From NCBI GenBank assembly GCA_964360265.1, contig CAYHUY010000002.1, positions 1 to 60,183 of the forward strand: a stretch of DNA of 60,183 bases. Direction: 5' to 3'. This DNA is from an uncultured Gammaproteobacteria bacterium (GTDB lineage Bacteria > Patescibacteriota > Microgenomatia > Levybacterales > GWA1-39-11). Both the position numbers and the translations under genes were made by a program. Below the pieces are notes generated by a model. The model had not been told where the DNA came from. It saw only the letters and a program-made list of their open reading frames with translations, and searched no databases. Positions 15,310 through 25,014 of this stretch are shown here, piece by piece (within the stretch, counting starts at the first letter, position 1; every line of letters starts with the position of its first letter).

Positions 15310-16350
15310 ATGGAACAGAATTTACTGAAAATAAAAAATGATGCAAGCTCTCTTATCATTGCGGCAGAAGATGAACAGGAACTTAATCAGATTAAACTCG
15401 ATTTCTTAGGTAAAAGCGGAAAACTCTCGCATCTTGTAAAAGGGATTAAGGATGTTCCTGAAGATAGGCGCCCCGAGATAGGAAAACTAGCAAACGAAAT
15501 CTTGTCAAGCGTAGAAGAGCTACTTGACAGAAGATTCACTGAATTTTCCGGAAAGAAAAAGGAAATATTGAAAAAGATGGTCTTTGATGTCAGCCGGCCG
15601 GGTGTTAAGCCCGCGTTAGGGACTCTTCACCCTATGTCACAGGTTATCTATGACGTTGTTGAAGTTTTCAAAGGGCTTGGCTATCAGGCCGCTGACGGCC
15701 CTGAGATAGAAACAGATTACTATAACTTTGAGTCGCTTAACATACCCCGCGATCATCCCGCGCGAGATACGCAGCAAACATTTTACCTTGATACTCGAAA
15801 AAGCCGCGTTAGTCCAGGGGAAGTTATTTTGCGAACTCAAACTTCCTCTATGCAGGGTAGGGTCATGGAAAAAATAAAACCTCCAGTCCGTGTAATTGTC
15901 CCAGGGAAAAATTTTCGCTACGAACAAGTGGATGCATCTCATGGTTTTGAATTTTGGCAGGTTGAAGGATTTTTAGTAGATATAAACGTTCGGTTAACTG
16001 ATCTTTTTGGAACTATCGATTACGTCCTTCGCAAGCTAATGGGAGAAAAAATAAAGATTAAGTTTGCGACAACTAATTTCCCTTTCGTTGAACCCGGAGT
16101 TGATACTTATATTGAATGCACAGTTTGTCATGGAAAAGGATGTTCTTTCTGTAAAAATTCGGGGTGGAGCGAAATTATGCCGGCAGGAATGATCCATCCC
16201 AATGTCTTAAAAGCCGTAGGATATGACTCGCAAAAAGTCTCGGGTTTTGCATTCGCAATAGGATTGTCTCGTTTAGTAACTCTCCGCTACCAAATGGACG
16301 ACCTAAGACTTTTAACAAATCCAGACTTGCGAATTCTCGAACAATTCTAG
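15310..16350 (+). CDS. pheS: phenylalanyl-tRNA synthetase alpha subunit
   Basis: Class II motifs (HPARDTQQTFY, FRYEQVDASH, GFAFAIGLSRL). The ATG at 15310 is preferred over the TTG at 15295, which overlaps the terminator. Confidence 0.9.
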   Translation: MEQNLLKIKNDASSLIIAAEDEQELNQIKLDFLGKSGKLSHLVKGIKDVPEDRRPEIGKLANEILSSVEELLDRRFTEFSGKKKEILKKMVFDVSRPGVKPALGTLHPMSQVIYDVVEVFKGLGYQAADGPEIETDYYNFESLNIPRDHPARDTQQTFYLDTRKSRVSPGEVILRTQTSSMQGRVMEKIKPPVRVIVPGKNFRYEQVDASHGFEFWQVEGFLVDINVRLTDLFGTIDYVLRKLMGEKIKIKFATTNFPFVEPGVDTYIECTVCHGKGCSFCKNSGWSEIMPAGMIHPNVLKAVGYDSQKVSGFAFAIGLSRLVTLRYQMDDLRLLTNPDLRILEQF

Positions 16351-16351
16351 C

Positions 16352-16795
16352 ATGAAAAAACCTAGTAAAAAAATTAACAAAAAACGTCACATTGCTTCAG
16401 TCGCAGTGATTTTTGATAATAATGGACGCGTGCTTCTGGTAAGAAGACACGAACCGCGAGCGACTCACGCCCACCATAAATGGAGTTTCCCCGGAGGAGG
16501 GATAGCATTCGGAGAACATCCGCGAGATACGGTGGTACGAGAAATAAAAGAAGAGGTTGGTCTTGAAATAAAACTTCTATCGGATGAGCCTTTTATAATC
16601 TCGCACCTCTTTGAGTCTGAACAAATCCATGCCATACTTTTTGGTTATCCGTCTATTTACGTTGCTGGTAAAATAAACATATCTGGTGATCGCGAAACAG
16701 GAGATGCTGCCTGGCTCAACCTTTCAGAAATTGACTATTCACTCTGCCTTCCGCAGGTAAAAACTATGATAGAAATTGCAAAAACTTATATATGA
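16352..16795 (+). CDS. NUDIX hydrolase
   Basis: Nudix box GGGIAFGEHPRDTVVREIKEEVGLE. The gene is wedged between pheS and pheT. Confidence 0.85.
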   Translation: MKKPSKKINKKRHIASVAVIFDNNGRVLLVRRHEPRATHAHHKWSFPGGGIAFGEHPRDTVVREIKEEVGLEIKLLSDEPFIISHLFESEQIHAILFGYPSIYVAGKINISGDRETGDAAWLNLSEIDYSLCLPQVKTMIEIAKTYI

Positions 16796-18726
16796 TTGCA
16801 CCGCTTTCCTGGTTAAAAGAGTACGTTGACATAAGTACTAAATCGAAAGTGCTTGGAGAGCGATTGACTGAAATTGGGCTTGGATGTGAAAGAATCTACG
16901 AACAGAACGGTGAAACATTTCTTGAACTTGAGATAACCCCCAATAGACCCGATCTCCTATCGATAATAGGAGTCGCCCAAGAGATCGCGGCGATCGAATC
17001 AAAAAAAATCAGATACCCTGAATCTAAAATTAACATTGAAGACATTAAACCAAAAAAGATTTTGCCTCTTAAAATAACTACGGATTCGGCAATAAACCCA
17101 AGATTCACAGGAATTATAATAGATGGTGTAAAAGTTCACGAATCCCCTGCCTGGTTAAAAAAACGGCTTGAAAGTATTGGTCAACGGCCGATTAATAATA
17201 TCGTAGACATCACTAACTATGTTATGTTTGAGCTTGGAAATCCTTTGCATGCTTTTGACTATGACAAAATAAAGGGAGGACAAATGCGCGTGCATAAAAC
17301 GCGCGGAGGAGAAAAATTTAAAAGCGTTGACGGGATTACTTATAGCCTCCCGCCGAATGCTGTCGTAATCTCAGATGACGAGGGCGTAATTGATCTTTGC
17401 GGAATTAAGGGAGGAGAGAATAGTGGAACATTTGAGGGGTCAAAAACAATTTTTATAAGAGTCCCCGTTGAAGTCCCCCGTTTGATCAGAAGAGCATCGC
17501 AAGACTTGGGTCTTAGGTCTGAAGCATCCAGTATTTTTGAAAGGGGCGTGAATACCGGAGGGACAATTCGTTCGCTTGAGCGAGCCGTAGATCTAATTTT
17601 AGATATAGCCGGCGGAGAGATTGCAGGCGAATTTATTGATCTAAAAAAGGAAAAATTCGAACCCTGGAAGCTATCTATCCGAATCGAGCGATTGAATAAG
17701 ATCCTTGGAATCGAAATCCCACAAGAAAAAGTTCTTTCTATTTTAGGGTCATTAAATCTAAATCCTCATGTTAAACATCACCTCGAAGGTGGCCGAAGGA
17801 CTCCTTCGAGGTGGACACAGGGAGTAATCGAATGCACAATCCCAACATATAGAAATGACCTTAGGATTGAAGAAGACCTAATTGAGGAGGTTGCAAGACT
17901 CTATGGCTACAACAATTTTCCAAAAACTGTGCCTGCGGGCAGTATCCCCACAAAAACTATTCCCTTTTTTAAAGATTTTAGACTTGAGGAAAGGATCAAG
18001 TCTATATTAACCGCAGCAGACTTCTCTGAAATTTATTCCTACAGCCTGGTTTCTGAAAAAGCACTTTCAGATGTTGAGATAGATTCAGAGAAGGTCCTTC
18101 GTGTAGACAATCCAATAAGCCTTGAATTTGAATACCTAAGACCAACCTTAAAAATAGGATTGCTTGCGGCCGTCAAACAAAACGAGGGCAACTTTGAAAA
18201 AATCCAACTTTTTGAACTTGGGAAAGTATACCTGGGGACATCTCTTAATAATGCGCAGGAGGCTTATTTTCTTTCCGGAATCTCAAATGTCAAAAATTAC
18301 TATGAAGTAAAAGGCGTTCTTGAGAGAATGTTCGAAGAAACTGGACTAGAGCAAGATGTTAGTAAAAATATCGAACTCACAGAAGTTGGAGTATTTTTCG
18401 AAATCAATCTAACGGAACTATTGGAAAAGTCGAATTTGAAAATATGGCACAAAAAATTCAAGCCGGTTCCAAAATATCCCCCGATTATTGAAGACTTGAC
18501 TCTCGAAATAGATCCAAAAATTAAATATTCGAATATCGTTGATACTATCAAGTCACAAAGTAGGCTTGTAAATAAAGTGGAACTCCTCGGCGAATATCAA
18601 AGCAAGAAGACGTTTCGAATTGCCTATCTCTCCCGCGACCGAAACTTAACAAGCGAAGAGATTGAACCAATCCGCTTAAAAATCACCACCGCCCTCAAAA
18701 AGAAATTTAAGGCGGAGGCCGCATAA
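16792..18726 (+). CDS. pheT: phenylalanyl-tRNA synthetase beta subunit (short, no N-terminal OB tRNA-binding domain)
   Basis: SWLKEYV...TPNRPDLLS and the B3/4 and B5 regions are present. It overlaps the NUDIX stop. It is 644 aa. Confidence 0.85.
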   Translation: MIAPLSWLKEYVDISTKSKVLGERLTEIGLGCERIYEQNGETFLELEITPNRPDLLSIIGVAQEIAAIESKKIRYPESKINIEDIKPKKILPLKITTDSAINPRFTGIIIDGVKVHESPAWLKKRLESIGQRPINNIVDITNYVMFELGNPLHAFDYDKIKGGQMRVHKTRGGEKFKSVDGITYSLPPNAVVISDDEGVIDLCGIKGGENSGTFEGSKTIFIRVPVEVPRLIRRASQDLGLRSEASSIFERGVNTGGTIRSLERAVDLILDIAGGEIAGEFIDLKKEKFEPWKLSIRIERLNKILGIEIPQEKVLSILGSLNLNPHVKHHLEGGRRTPSRWTQGVIECTIPTYRNDLRIEEDLIEEVARLYGYNNFPKTVPAGSIPTKTIPFFKDFRLEERIKSILTAADFSEIYSYSLVSEKALSDVEIDSEKVLRVDNPISLEFEYLRPTLKIGLLAAVKQNEGNFEKIQLFELGKVYLGTSLNNAQEAYFLSGISNVKNYYEVKGVLERMFEETGLEQDVSKNIELTEVGVFFEINLTELLEKSNLKIWHKKFKPVPKYPPIIEDLTLEIDPKIKYSNIVDTIKSQSRLVNKVELLGEYQSKKTFRIAYLSRDRNLTSEEIEPIRLKITTALKKKFKAEAA

Positions 18727-19508
18727 TGGAAGAGAAGGTATACTTTTGGACTTCGGATAATCTAAAGCTTTGCGGAATTTTAACTTCTCCAATTATTCCG
18801 GTAAAAAAATGTGTCGTCCTTTGTCATGGGATAACCGTAAACAAAGAAGAAGACGGAATATTTACTGAACTTGCCCGAAAGCTTTCCGATGCCGGATTTG
18901 CTGTTTTCCGTTTTGATTTCAGGGGACATGGGGAGAGCGGAGGAAAATCAACTGACATGACAATTATAGGAGAAACAAAAGATATTGAAGCAGCATTCGA
19001 ATTTTTGAAAAATAAAGGATTCGACCGGTTCGCAATTGTAGCAGTAAGTTTTGCAGGAGGAGCTGTACCTTTTTTTATAGGCAAAAGAATTAGTGCTGCA
19101 AAAGCTTTGGTCTTATGGAACGCTTTGATCGATTACGCATCCCACATTCATCCTATAACCGATTGGGGAATAAGCAATTGGGGAAAACCCGCCTTTGATC
19201 GTGCAAAGAAATTCGGATTTACAGAAATCGGAAGAAGGAAGTTTAAAGTCGGATTGAAACTTATGGAAGAAGTGTATACGCTTAAGCCCTGGAAAAAATT
19301 ACTAAATATCTCCATGCCCATTCTATTTATACATGGAGGCAAAGACACCTTTGTACCTTATCAAGATTCGGTCAAATATTCAAAAATGGTAAAAAACGGA
19401 AGTCTTGTTATCATAAAAGGAGCAGAACACGGATTCCATGGTAAAAAAGAAGACGCCGAGGCAGCAGACAAAGCAACTATCAATTTTCTCCTAGAAACTT
19501 TCAGATAA
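18726..19508 (+). CDS. alpha/beta-fold hydrolase
   Basis: HGITV...FDFRGHGESGG, the nucleophile elbow VSFAGG, then HGGKDTFVP and GAEHGF. Confidence 0.7.
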   Translation: MEEKVYFWTSDNLKLCGILTSPIIPVKKCVVLCHGITVNKEEDGIFTELARKLSDAGFAVFRFDFRGHGESGGKSTDMTIIGETKDIEAAFEFLKNKGFDRFAIVAVSFAGGAVPFFIGKRISAAKALVLWNALIDYASHIHPITDWGISNWGKPAFDRAKKFGFTEIGRRKFKVGLKLMEEVYTLKPWKKLLNISMPILFIHGGKDTFVPYQDSVKYSKMVKNGSLVIIKGAEHGFHGKKEDAEAADKATINFLLETFR

Positions 19509-19573
19509 CCCAGAGTACACGCGGATTTCACTCAGAAGGCGGAATAGGTTATATACACAAACTCTATTTCAAT

Positions 19574-19595
19574 CTAACATTCGTACGAATGTTAG
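19574..19595. promoter_or_regulatory. perfect 22-bp palindrome, probable operator of the ArsR-type regulator
   Basis: CTAACATTCGTACGAATGTTAG overlaps the -10-like GATAAT/TACAAT 30 nt upstream of the ArsR gene. An imperfect copy lies at 19869..19890. Confidence 0.6.
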
Positions 19596-19625
19596 ATAAT
19601 ATGATACAATAAATCCATACCAAAT

Positions 19626-19895
19626 ATGTTGAAGAAAAGGGCGGTGGAACAGATTGTTAGGAGTTTTGCAAATCATAGAAGAATTCAAATTTTAGACCTT
19701 CTCGAAATTACTTCTGAACTTTCCGTAGGTGAAATTGCTGATCGACTAAAAATCGATATAAGACTTGCAAGTATCCATATTAAAAAACTTCTAATAGCTG
19801 GTTTAATTATGAAGAGAAGCGATGGGAAAAAGATTCGCCATAAATTAACCAAGAGAGGACTCTTCGTTCTAACATTCATACGAACGTTGGATTGA
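19626..19895 (+). CDS. ArsR/SmtB-family winged-helix transcription regulator
   Basis: FANHRRIQILDLL...LSVGEIADRLKIDIRLASIHIKKLLIAGLI is the typical ArsR HTH. 89 aa. Confidence 0.75.
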   Translation: MLKKRAVEQIVRSFANHRRIQILDLLEITSELSVGEIADRLKIDIRLASIHIKKLLIAGLIMKRSDGKKIRHKLTKRGLFVLTFIRTLD

Positions 19896-19913
19896 TCAAA
19901 TTGATTTACCTAC

Positions 19914-22268
19914 TTAAGGAATGGTTGGAAGAATTCCTGTCGGTGAGGGAGTAGGACTTGTATCTTCCGGTGCGGGAGTTGGTTCGTCGTATTTGTGGTC
20001 TGAAACCTCCGTTGGGGGGCGATAGAGATCATCACCCGGGTGCGCCTGGTTAAGCCACTCGTTTATCGCATCCTGCCAGCGATTTTTTCCATCTTGCGAA
20101 ACAAGGTCAGATTCTTCAAACACCACATATTCTTTCACATCATAATCTCCACGTTTTACTTCTTCCTCATTTGCCAATTTGCCAGATTGATGTTTCGATA
20201 ACTTAACTTTTTTATAAATGACTGCGTTTGTTGTTGGCTCTGTGCCTTTCATGAAGTATTCACTTCTTGTGGGTTGTCCATCTCGCGGCAAACCGCCCGA
20301 GAACGAATCAATCTCTTTTGCAACAACTCCATCCGGCTTTACGAATTGTTCATCTTTTTTACCTTTTAATACAAACTGCATAATCTGTCTCCAGATAGGT
20401 GTTGCGCCTGTCGCTCCTGAGGCAATTTTTGGATTCATTGGAGTATTATCATTATTGCCAACCCAGGAAGCGACAACAAAAGAAGGAGTATAACCAACTG
20501 CCCAATTATCGCGCTTTGAATCTGTAGTGCCTGTTTTGACAGCAACAGTTCTTCCGGCAATATTAAGAAAAGAGTTAGTTCCAAAAACCTCTTTTCTTGC
20601 ATTATTGTCAAGAAGTATATGTGAAATTAAAAAAGCTACTTCGGGAGATAAAACTCTAGCCCCCTTGGAATCTTTATGCTTAAATATTGTTTTTCCTTTT
20701 CTATCTTTGACTTCAACAATTGAAAAGACATCTTTTTTTATTCCGTGATTTGCAAAAGCTGAATAGGCCGTAGCCATCTCAAGAAGTGTTGCTTCGCGTC
20801 CCCCCAAAACAAGAGAGAGCCCTACATTTGCCAAGTTCTCATTAGTTGGTTTCCAATTCTCAATCCCCATCTCATAAGCCTTTTGCATAACCGGCTTAAT
20901 TCCAACCGTTGCAAGCATCTTAACAGCAGGAACATTTATAGAATTTCCAAGGGTAAAACGTATCTGCATAGGCCCCCGATATTTGCCGTCATAGTTTTCA
21001 GGCTTGTAATCAGGTTGTCCGGGGACATTTGTTGGAAACTCTGTTCTTAAATCCATAACAAAAGTTGCCGGAGTATATCCTTTCTCAAATGCTGTTGCAT
21101 ACATCACGGGTTTAAGAGCTGAACCGGGCTGCCGGTGTGCTATTGCGGCATTGAAATTCCCTTCATTCTCTACATCAAAGTAATCTTTACTTCCAACCAT
21201 TGCTAGAACTCCGCCCGTGCGCGCATCCATGACAATAACCGCACCGTTCCCAACATCAAAGCTTTCTAGCTTTTCTATTTCTGTGGCAACTATGTCTTCT
21301 GCGTTTTTCTGAATTTCATAGTCAAGAGTTGTTTGAACCGTTAAGTTTCCGTTCTCAACAACAGCCTCCCCATAAAGTTTTACTAACTGTTCCCTGACAT
21401 ACTGAACAAAATGCGGCGCCTTAAGATTCCCTTGTTTTTGAGTAAATTTAAATTCACTAGCTTCCTTTAACGCATCACTCGCCTGTTTTTTTGTAATATG
21501 ACCCTCTTCATACATTCTTCTCAATACATGTTCTGTTCGGACAACATACGCTTTATCTTTTCCAGAATACGGAGAATAGATGGTGGGAGCCTGTGGAAGA
21601 CCGGCAAGAAAAGCGTTTTGTGCCAAATTTAATTCCCTTGCATGCTTCCCGAAATAAAGATTTGAAGCTGCCTCAACGCCTATTGCGGTTCCGCCATATC
21701 CAACATTATTCAGATACATTTCAAGAATTTCATCTTTTGAAAATCTCTGATCAACTTGAATCGCCAGAATCAGCTCCTTAATCTTTCTTGTAATGGTCTT
21801 CTCTGGGGTAAGCAAAACGTTCTTTACTAACTGTTGCGTAATAGTGGAACCTCCCGTTAAACGTCTGTTAAATATTGGGTCAATGATTAAGCCTCTAATC
21901 AAACCGGATATCGAAAACCCCTTATTCGTGTAAAAATCTTTGTCCTCCGTTGCAATCGTTGCATCTTTTAAGTCGGCTGGAATTTCTTTTAAGGGCACAT
22001 AGAGCCTATTGTAATCGCGGAATATGGAATAAAGAACTACGCCTTTTTTATCAAGGATTTTGGTTGAGTCTTTGATATCCGAGTTTGACAATTTTCCGGG
22101 AGTAGGCAAGTCTCGGCTTGCCCAAAGAAAATATAGAAAGAATAGAATAATTCCTCCGATTAATCCCCACAGAGCATACTTTGAAAACTTACTTAATATA
22201 AGTAAATTTAAAGAAGGTCTTTGTAGTCGTGCTCGACGCGAACGCAAGGGCAATCTATAATGCTGCAC
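19914..22268 (-). CDS. bifunctional class A penicillin-binding protein (GT51 glycosyltransferase + transpeptidase)
   Basis: GT51 motifs ATEDKDFYTNKGF, GGSTITQQLVKN and RKIKELILA are present, with a downstream transpeptidase region and an N-terminal TM anchor. Confidence 0.9.
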   Translation of the reverse strand: MQHYRLPLRSRRARLQRPSLNLLILSKFSKYALWGLIGGIILFFLYFLWASRDLPTPGKLSNSDIKDSTKILDKKGVVLYSIFRDYNRLYVPLKEIPADLKDATIATEDKDFYTNKGFSISGLIRGLIIDPIFNRRLTGGSTITQQLVKNVLLTPEKTITRKIKELILAIQVDQRFSKDEILEMYLNNVGYGGTAIGVEAASNLYFGKHARELNLAQNAFLAGLPQAPTIYSPYSGKDKAYVVRTEHVLRRMYEEGHITKKQASDALKEASEFKFTQKQGNLKAPHFVQYVREQLVKLYGEAVVENGNLTVQTTLDYEIQKNAEDIVATEIEKLESFDVGNGAVIVMDARTGGVLAMVGSKDYFDVENEGNFNAAIAHRQPGSALKPVMYATAFEKGYTPATFVMDLRTEFPTNVPGQPDYKPENYDGKYRGPMQIRFTLGNSINVPAVKMLATVGIKPVMQKAYEMGIENWKPTNENLANVGLSLVLGGREATLLEMATAYSAFANHGIKKDVFSIVEVKDRKGKTIFKHKDSKGARVLSPEVAFLISHILLDNNARKEVFGTNSFLNIAGRTVAVKTGTTDSKRDNWAVGYTPSFVVASWVGNNDNTPMNPKIASGATGATPIWRQIMQFVLKGKKDEQFVKPDGVVAKEIDSFSGGLPRDGQPTRSEYFMKGTEPTTNAVIYKKVKLSKHQSGKLANEEEVKRGDYDVKEYVVFEESDLVSQDGKNRWQDAINEWLNQAHPGDDLYRPPTEVSDHKYDEPTPAPEDTSPTPSPTGILPTIP

Positions 22269-22296
22269 TTAAATATTATAACAATCCGAAGCTATA

Positions 22297-22325
22297 TTGT
22301 CGAATCCACTCCTTTAACGTATAAT
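22297..22325 (+). promoter_or_regulatory. sigma70-type promoter for tyrS (near-leaderless)
   Basis: TTGTCG, 17-nt spacer, TATAAT ending 6 nt before the tyrS ATG at 22332. Confidence 0.55.
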
Positions 22326-22331
22326 AGCTTT

Positions 22332-23528
22332 ATGGATAAGATTGACGAACTATTAACTCGCGGAGTCGCAAATATTATTCCCGGAAAAGAAGAACTTAAA
22401 AAAGCACTTGGGTCTGGCAAAAAACTTAATGTCTATTTTGGAATCGATCCTACTGCGCCCCGGATTCATTTAGGACACACCGTTCCCTTAATTGAACTTC
22501 AAAAATTTGCAGAACTTGGACACAATGTGACGCTTTTAATTGGCGATTTTACAGCTCTAATCGGTGATACATCGGATAAAGATTCCGAGCGTCCCGTTTT
22601 GAGTTCAGAACAAATAGAAGAAAATTTCAAAACGTACAAAGAACAAGCTGAGAAGATTCTTGATTTTTCAAAAGTAAAAATTCGCCACAATAGCGAATGG
22701 CTTGTAAAATTGGGATTTGAAGACGTTGTTAAGTTGACGCAGAAATTTTCAGTTGGAGATTTTGTAAGTCGAGAGCTTATTAAAAAGCGTTTGGCAGGCA
22801 ATGGGAGAATTGGACTTCACGAAGTTTTATACCCTGTAATGCAGGGTTACGATAGCTACTTTATGGATACGGATATTCAGATTGGCGGAACAGACCAAAC
22901 GTTCAACATGCAGGCTGGGCGCCATCTTCAAAAGCTGATGCGCAACAAAGAATCTTTTGTTCTTGCGACCGGATTTTTAATGGGCACCGATGGGCGAAAA
23001 ATGAGCAAGACTTGGGGAAATGCTATTTGGCTCGACGACAACGCGCAGGATATGTTTGGAAAAATAATGGCAGTAAATGACGATCTGATTATTCAATACT
23101 TTACCCTTACAACAAGAGTTTCAAATGAGGAAATAGCGGAGATTGAAAAAAAATTAAAGGCGAACAAAAATCCGATTGATATCAAAAAGAAGTTGGCTTT
23201 TGAAATCGTTCGCGAATTAAATAACGAAACTGACGCAAAGAGCGCACAGGAATATTTTGAAAAAACAGTTCAAAAGCGCGAATTGCCGGAAGATATTCCA
23301 ACATTTGAAATGAATTCGGACGAACATTTGGTAATTACAGAACTACTTGTCAAAGCAGGCCTCGCAGAAAGTAAATCTGAAGCAAAAAGATTAGTAGAAC
23401 AGGGGGCGGTAGAAATCGACTCGGATGTTGTTGATTCCCCAACCGAAGAAATCATACCTCACGACAACATGCTTATAAAGTGCGGCAAAAGAAATTTTAT
23501 CCGAATCAAACTTTCGAATGGCAGATAA
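22332..23528 (+). CDS. tyrS: tyrosyl-tRNA synthetase
   Basis: HIGH-type GIDPTAPRIHLGH, the KMSKS motif KMSKTWGN, and a C-terminal S4-like domain. The ATG at 22332 is preferred over the track start at 22260. Confidence 0.9.
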   Translation: MDKIDELLTRGVANIIPGKEELKKALGSGKKLNVYFGIDPTAPRIHLGHTVPLIELQKFAELGHNVTLLIGDFTALIGDTSDKDSERPVLSSEQIEENFKTYKEQAEKILDFSKVKIRHNSEWLVKLGFEDVVKLTQKFSVGDFVSRELIKKRLAGNGRIGLHEVLYPVMQGYDSYFMDTDIQIGGTDQTFNMQAGRHLQKLMRNKESFVLATGFLMGTDGRKMSKTWGNAIWLDDNAQDMFGKIMAVNDDLIIQYFTLTTRVSNEEIAEIEKKLKANKNPIDIKKKLAFEIVRELNNETDAKSAQEYFEKTVQKRELPEDIPTFEMNSDEHLVITELLVKAGLAESKSEAKRLVEQGAVEIDSDVVDSPTEEIIPHDNMLIKCGKRNFIRIKLSNGR

Positions 23529-24840
23529 AATAGTTGTTGTAATTGACAGCGGCGGTCGTGGTGCTGCGCTCGTCCATAAATACTCTCAAAGTCCCCATGT
23601 CAAAAATATAATCGCAATCCCAGGAAATGATTTAATGCAATTAAACTCCAGTACGCCTGTTCGTACCTTTCCGGAATTAAAAACCACAGACATTGGCGAG
23701 ATTATTCAAGTATGTAAAAAGTATAAGGTCAATTTGGTGGATGTTGCTCAGGACAATGCAGTTGAGGTAGGCTTAACAGATAAACTCATCGAACAAGGTT
23801 TTAACGTAATCGGACCAACAAAAGCTGCAGGACAAATTGAATGGGACAAGGCATGGGCAAGGGATTTCATGAAAAGACACAAACTCCCGATCCCTTTTTA
23901 TGAGACCTTCAATTCGCATAGCAAGGCAATTAAGTTTGTCAACAAAAATCCTAAAAAGCGCTTTTTTGTAAAAGCGGCGGGATTAGCCGATGGAAAGGGA
24001 GCAATTCCTGTAGAAAACGCTAGGGAAGCGATCGGCGCAATCAAACAGATGTCAATGTTTGGAAAAGCTGGTGAAACGTTTGTAATAGAAGAGTGGCTTG
24101 ATGGCGAGGAGTTCTCAATGTTCGCAATATCAGATGGTAAAACATTTCAAATCGTTGGCTCTGCTCAAGACTATAAAAGATTGTATGATGGCGACGTGGG
24201 CCCAAATACCGGCGGTATCGGATGCAGCGCACCCGCGTTGATTGTTGATAAAAATATATACAAACAGGCTGAATTAATACTTAAAACTGCACTCTCTGGC
24301 TTGACTCAAGAAGGTCGTATCTATAAAGGAATCCTATATTTAGGAGCAATTGTTGTTCGCGGCAAAGTTTTTGTTATTGAATTCAATGCAAGGTGGGGTG
24401 ATCCGGAAGCAGAAGTGCTTATTCCAAGCATTAAAAATGATCTTTACGAACTCTCAATGTCAACATGCAATGGAACATTAAACAAAATGAAGATTCGAAC
24501 CGATAAAAAGGCTCGCGTTGTTATTACGGGTTCTCTAAAAGCTAATGCTGCAAAGACCGAGAGAGAGCTTTTTGGCATAAGGGATATATTAAGATTACCT
24601 AAAGTAATTATTTACGGCACCAGGGTAACTCAAGATGGTAGCAAATATTTTGTTTCTTCAGGAAGATTATTTCATATAGTCGGTGAAGGGGAAGACATTA
24701 TCCAAGCACGACAACGGGCATATGAGGCTATGGAACGAATTTCTATCGAAGGAGATAATCTCCATTATCGGACAGACATTGGGTGGAGAGATGTTGAGCG
24801 AATAAGAAAAGGTTGGAAGCTAGACAACCCGGAGGGTTGA
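23518..24840 (+). CDS. purD: phosphoribosylamine-glycine ligase
   Basis: KIVVVIDSGGRGAALVHKYSQSPHV at the N-terminus, an ATP-grasp core, and EFNARWGDPE. The last 9 codons and the stop lie inside a REP-A copy. Confidence 0.85.
   Translation: MADKIVVVIDSGGRGAALVHKYSQSPHVKNIIAIPGNDLMQLNSSTPVRTFPELKTTDIGEIIQVCKKYKVNLVDVAQDNAVEVGLTDKLIEQGFNVIGPTKAAGQIEWDKAWARDFMKRHKLPIPFYETFNSHSKAIKFVNKNPKKRFFVKAAGLADGKGAIPVENAREAIGAIKQMSMFGKAGETFVIEEWLDGEEFSMFAISDGKTFQIVGSAQDYKRLYDGDVGPNTGGIGCSAPALIVDKNIYKQAELILKTALSGLTQEGRIYKGILYLGAIVVRGKVFVIEFNARWGDPEAEVLIPSIKNDLYELSMSTCNGTLNKMKIRTDKKARVVITGSLKANAAKTERELFGIRDILRLPKVIIYGTRVTQDGSKYFVSSGRLFHIVGEGEDIIQARQRAYEAMERISIEGDNLHYRTDIGWRDVERIRKGWKLDNPEG
24811..24840. repeat. 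REP-like element, family A variant (hairpin flipped)
   Basis: GGTTGGAAGCTAGACAACCCGGAGGGTTGA. The stem AACCC/GGGTT is kept, but the loop is GGA instead of TCC. Confidence 0.7.
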
Positions 24841-24844
24841 TTTT

Positions 24845-24900
24845 CCCGAGGTGTCAAGGGGAATCCACCTCCGAGGTGTAATAGCTTTACCACCTCGGGA
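24845..24900. repeat. REP-like element, family C (best copy)
   Basis: CCCGAGGTG-tcaaggggaat-CCACCTCCGAGGTG-taatagcttta-CCACCTCGGGA. Confidence 0.75.
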
Positions 24901-25014
24901 TAACTACTACAATATGGTCATCAAATGCGGAAACGCAACTACATCCGCATCAAACTCCGTTAGCTCTTGCGGTTGTCTAAATTCATGTTAAAATGTCTGG
25001 ACCGCCCATAATTT

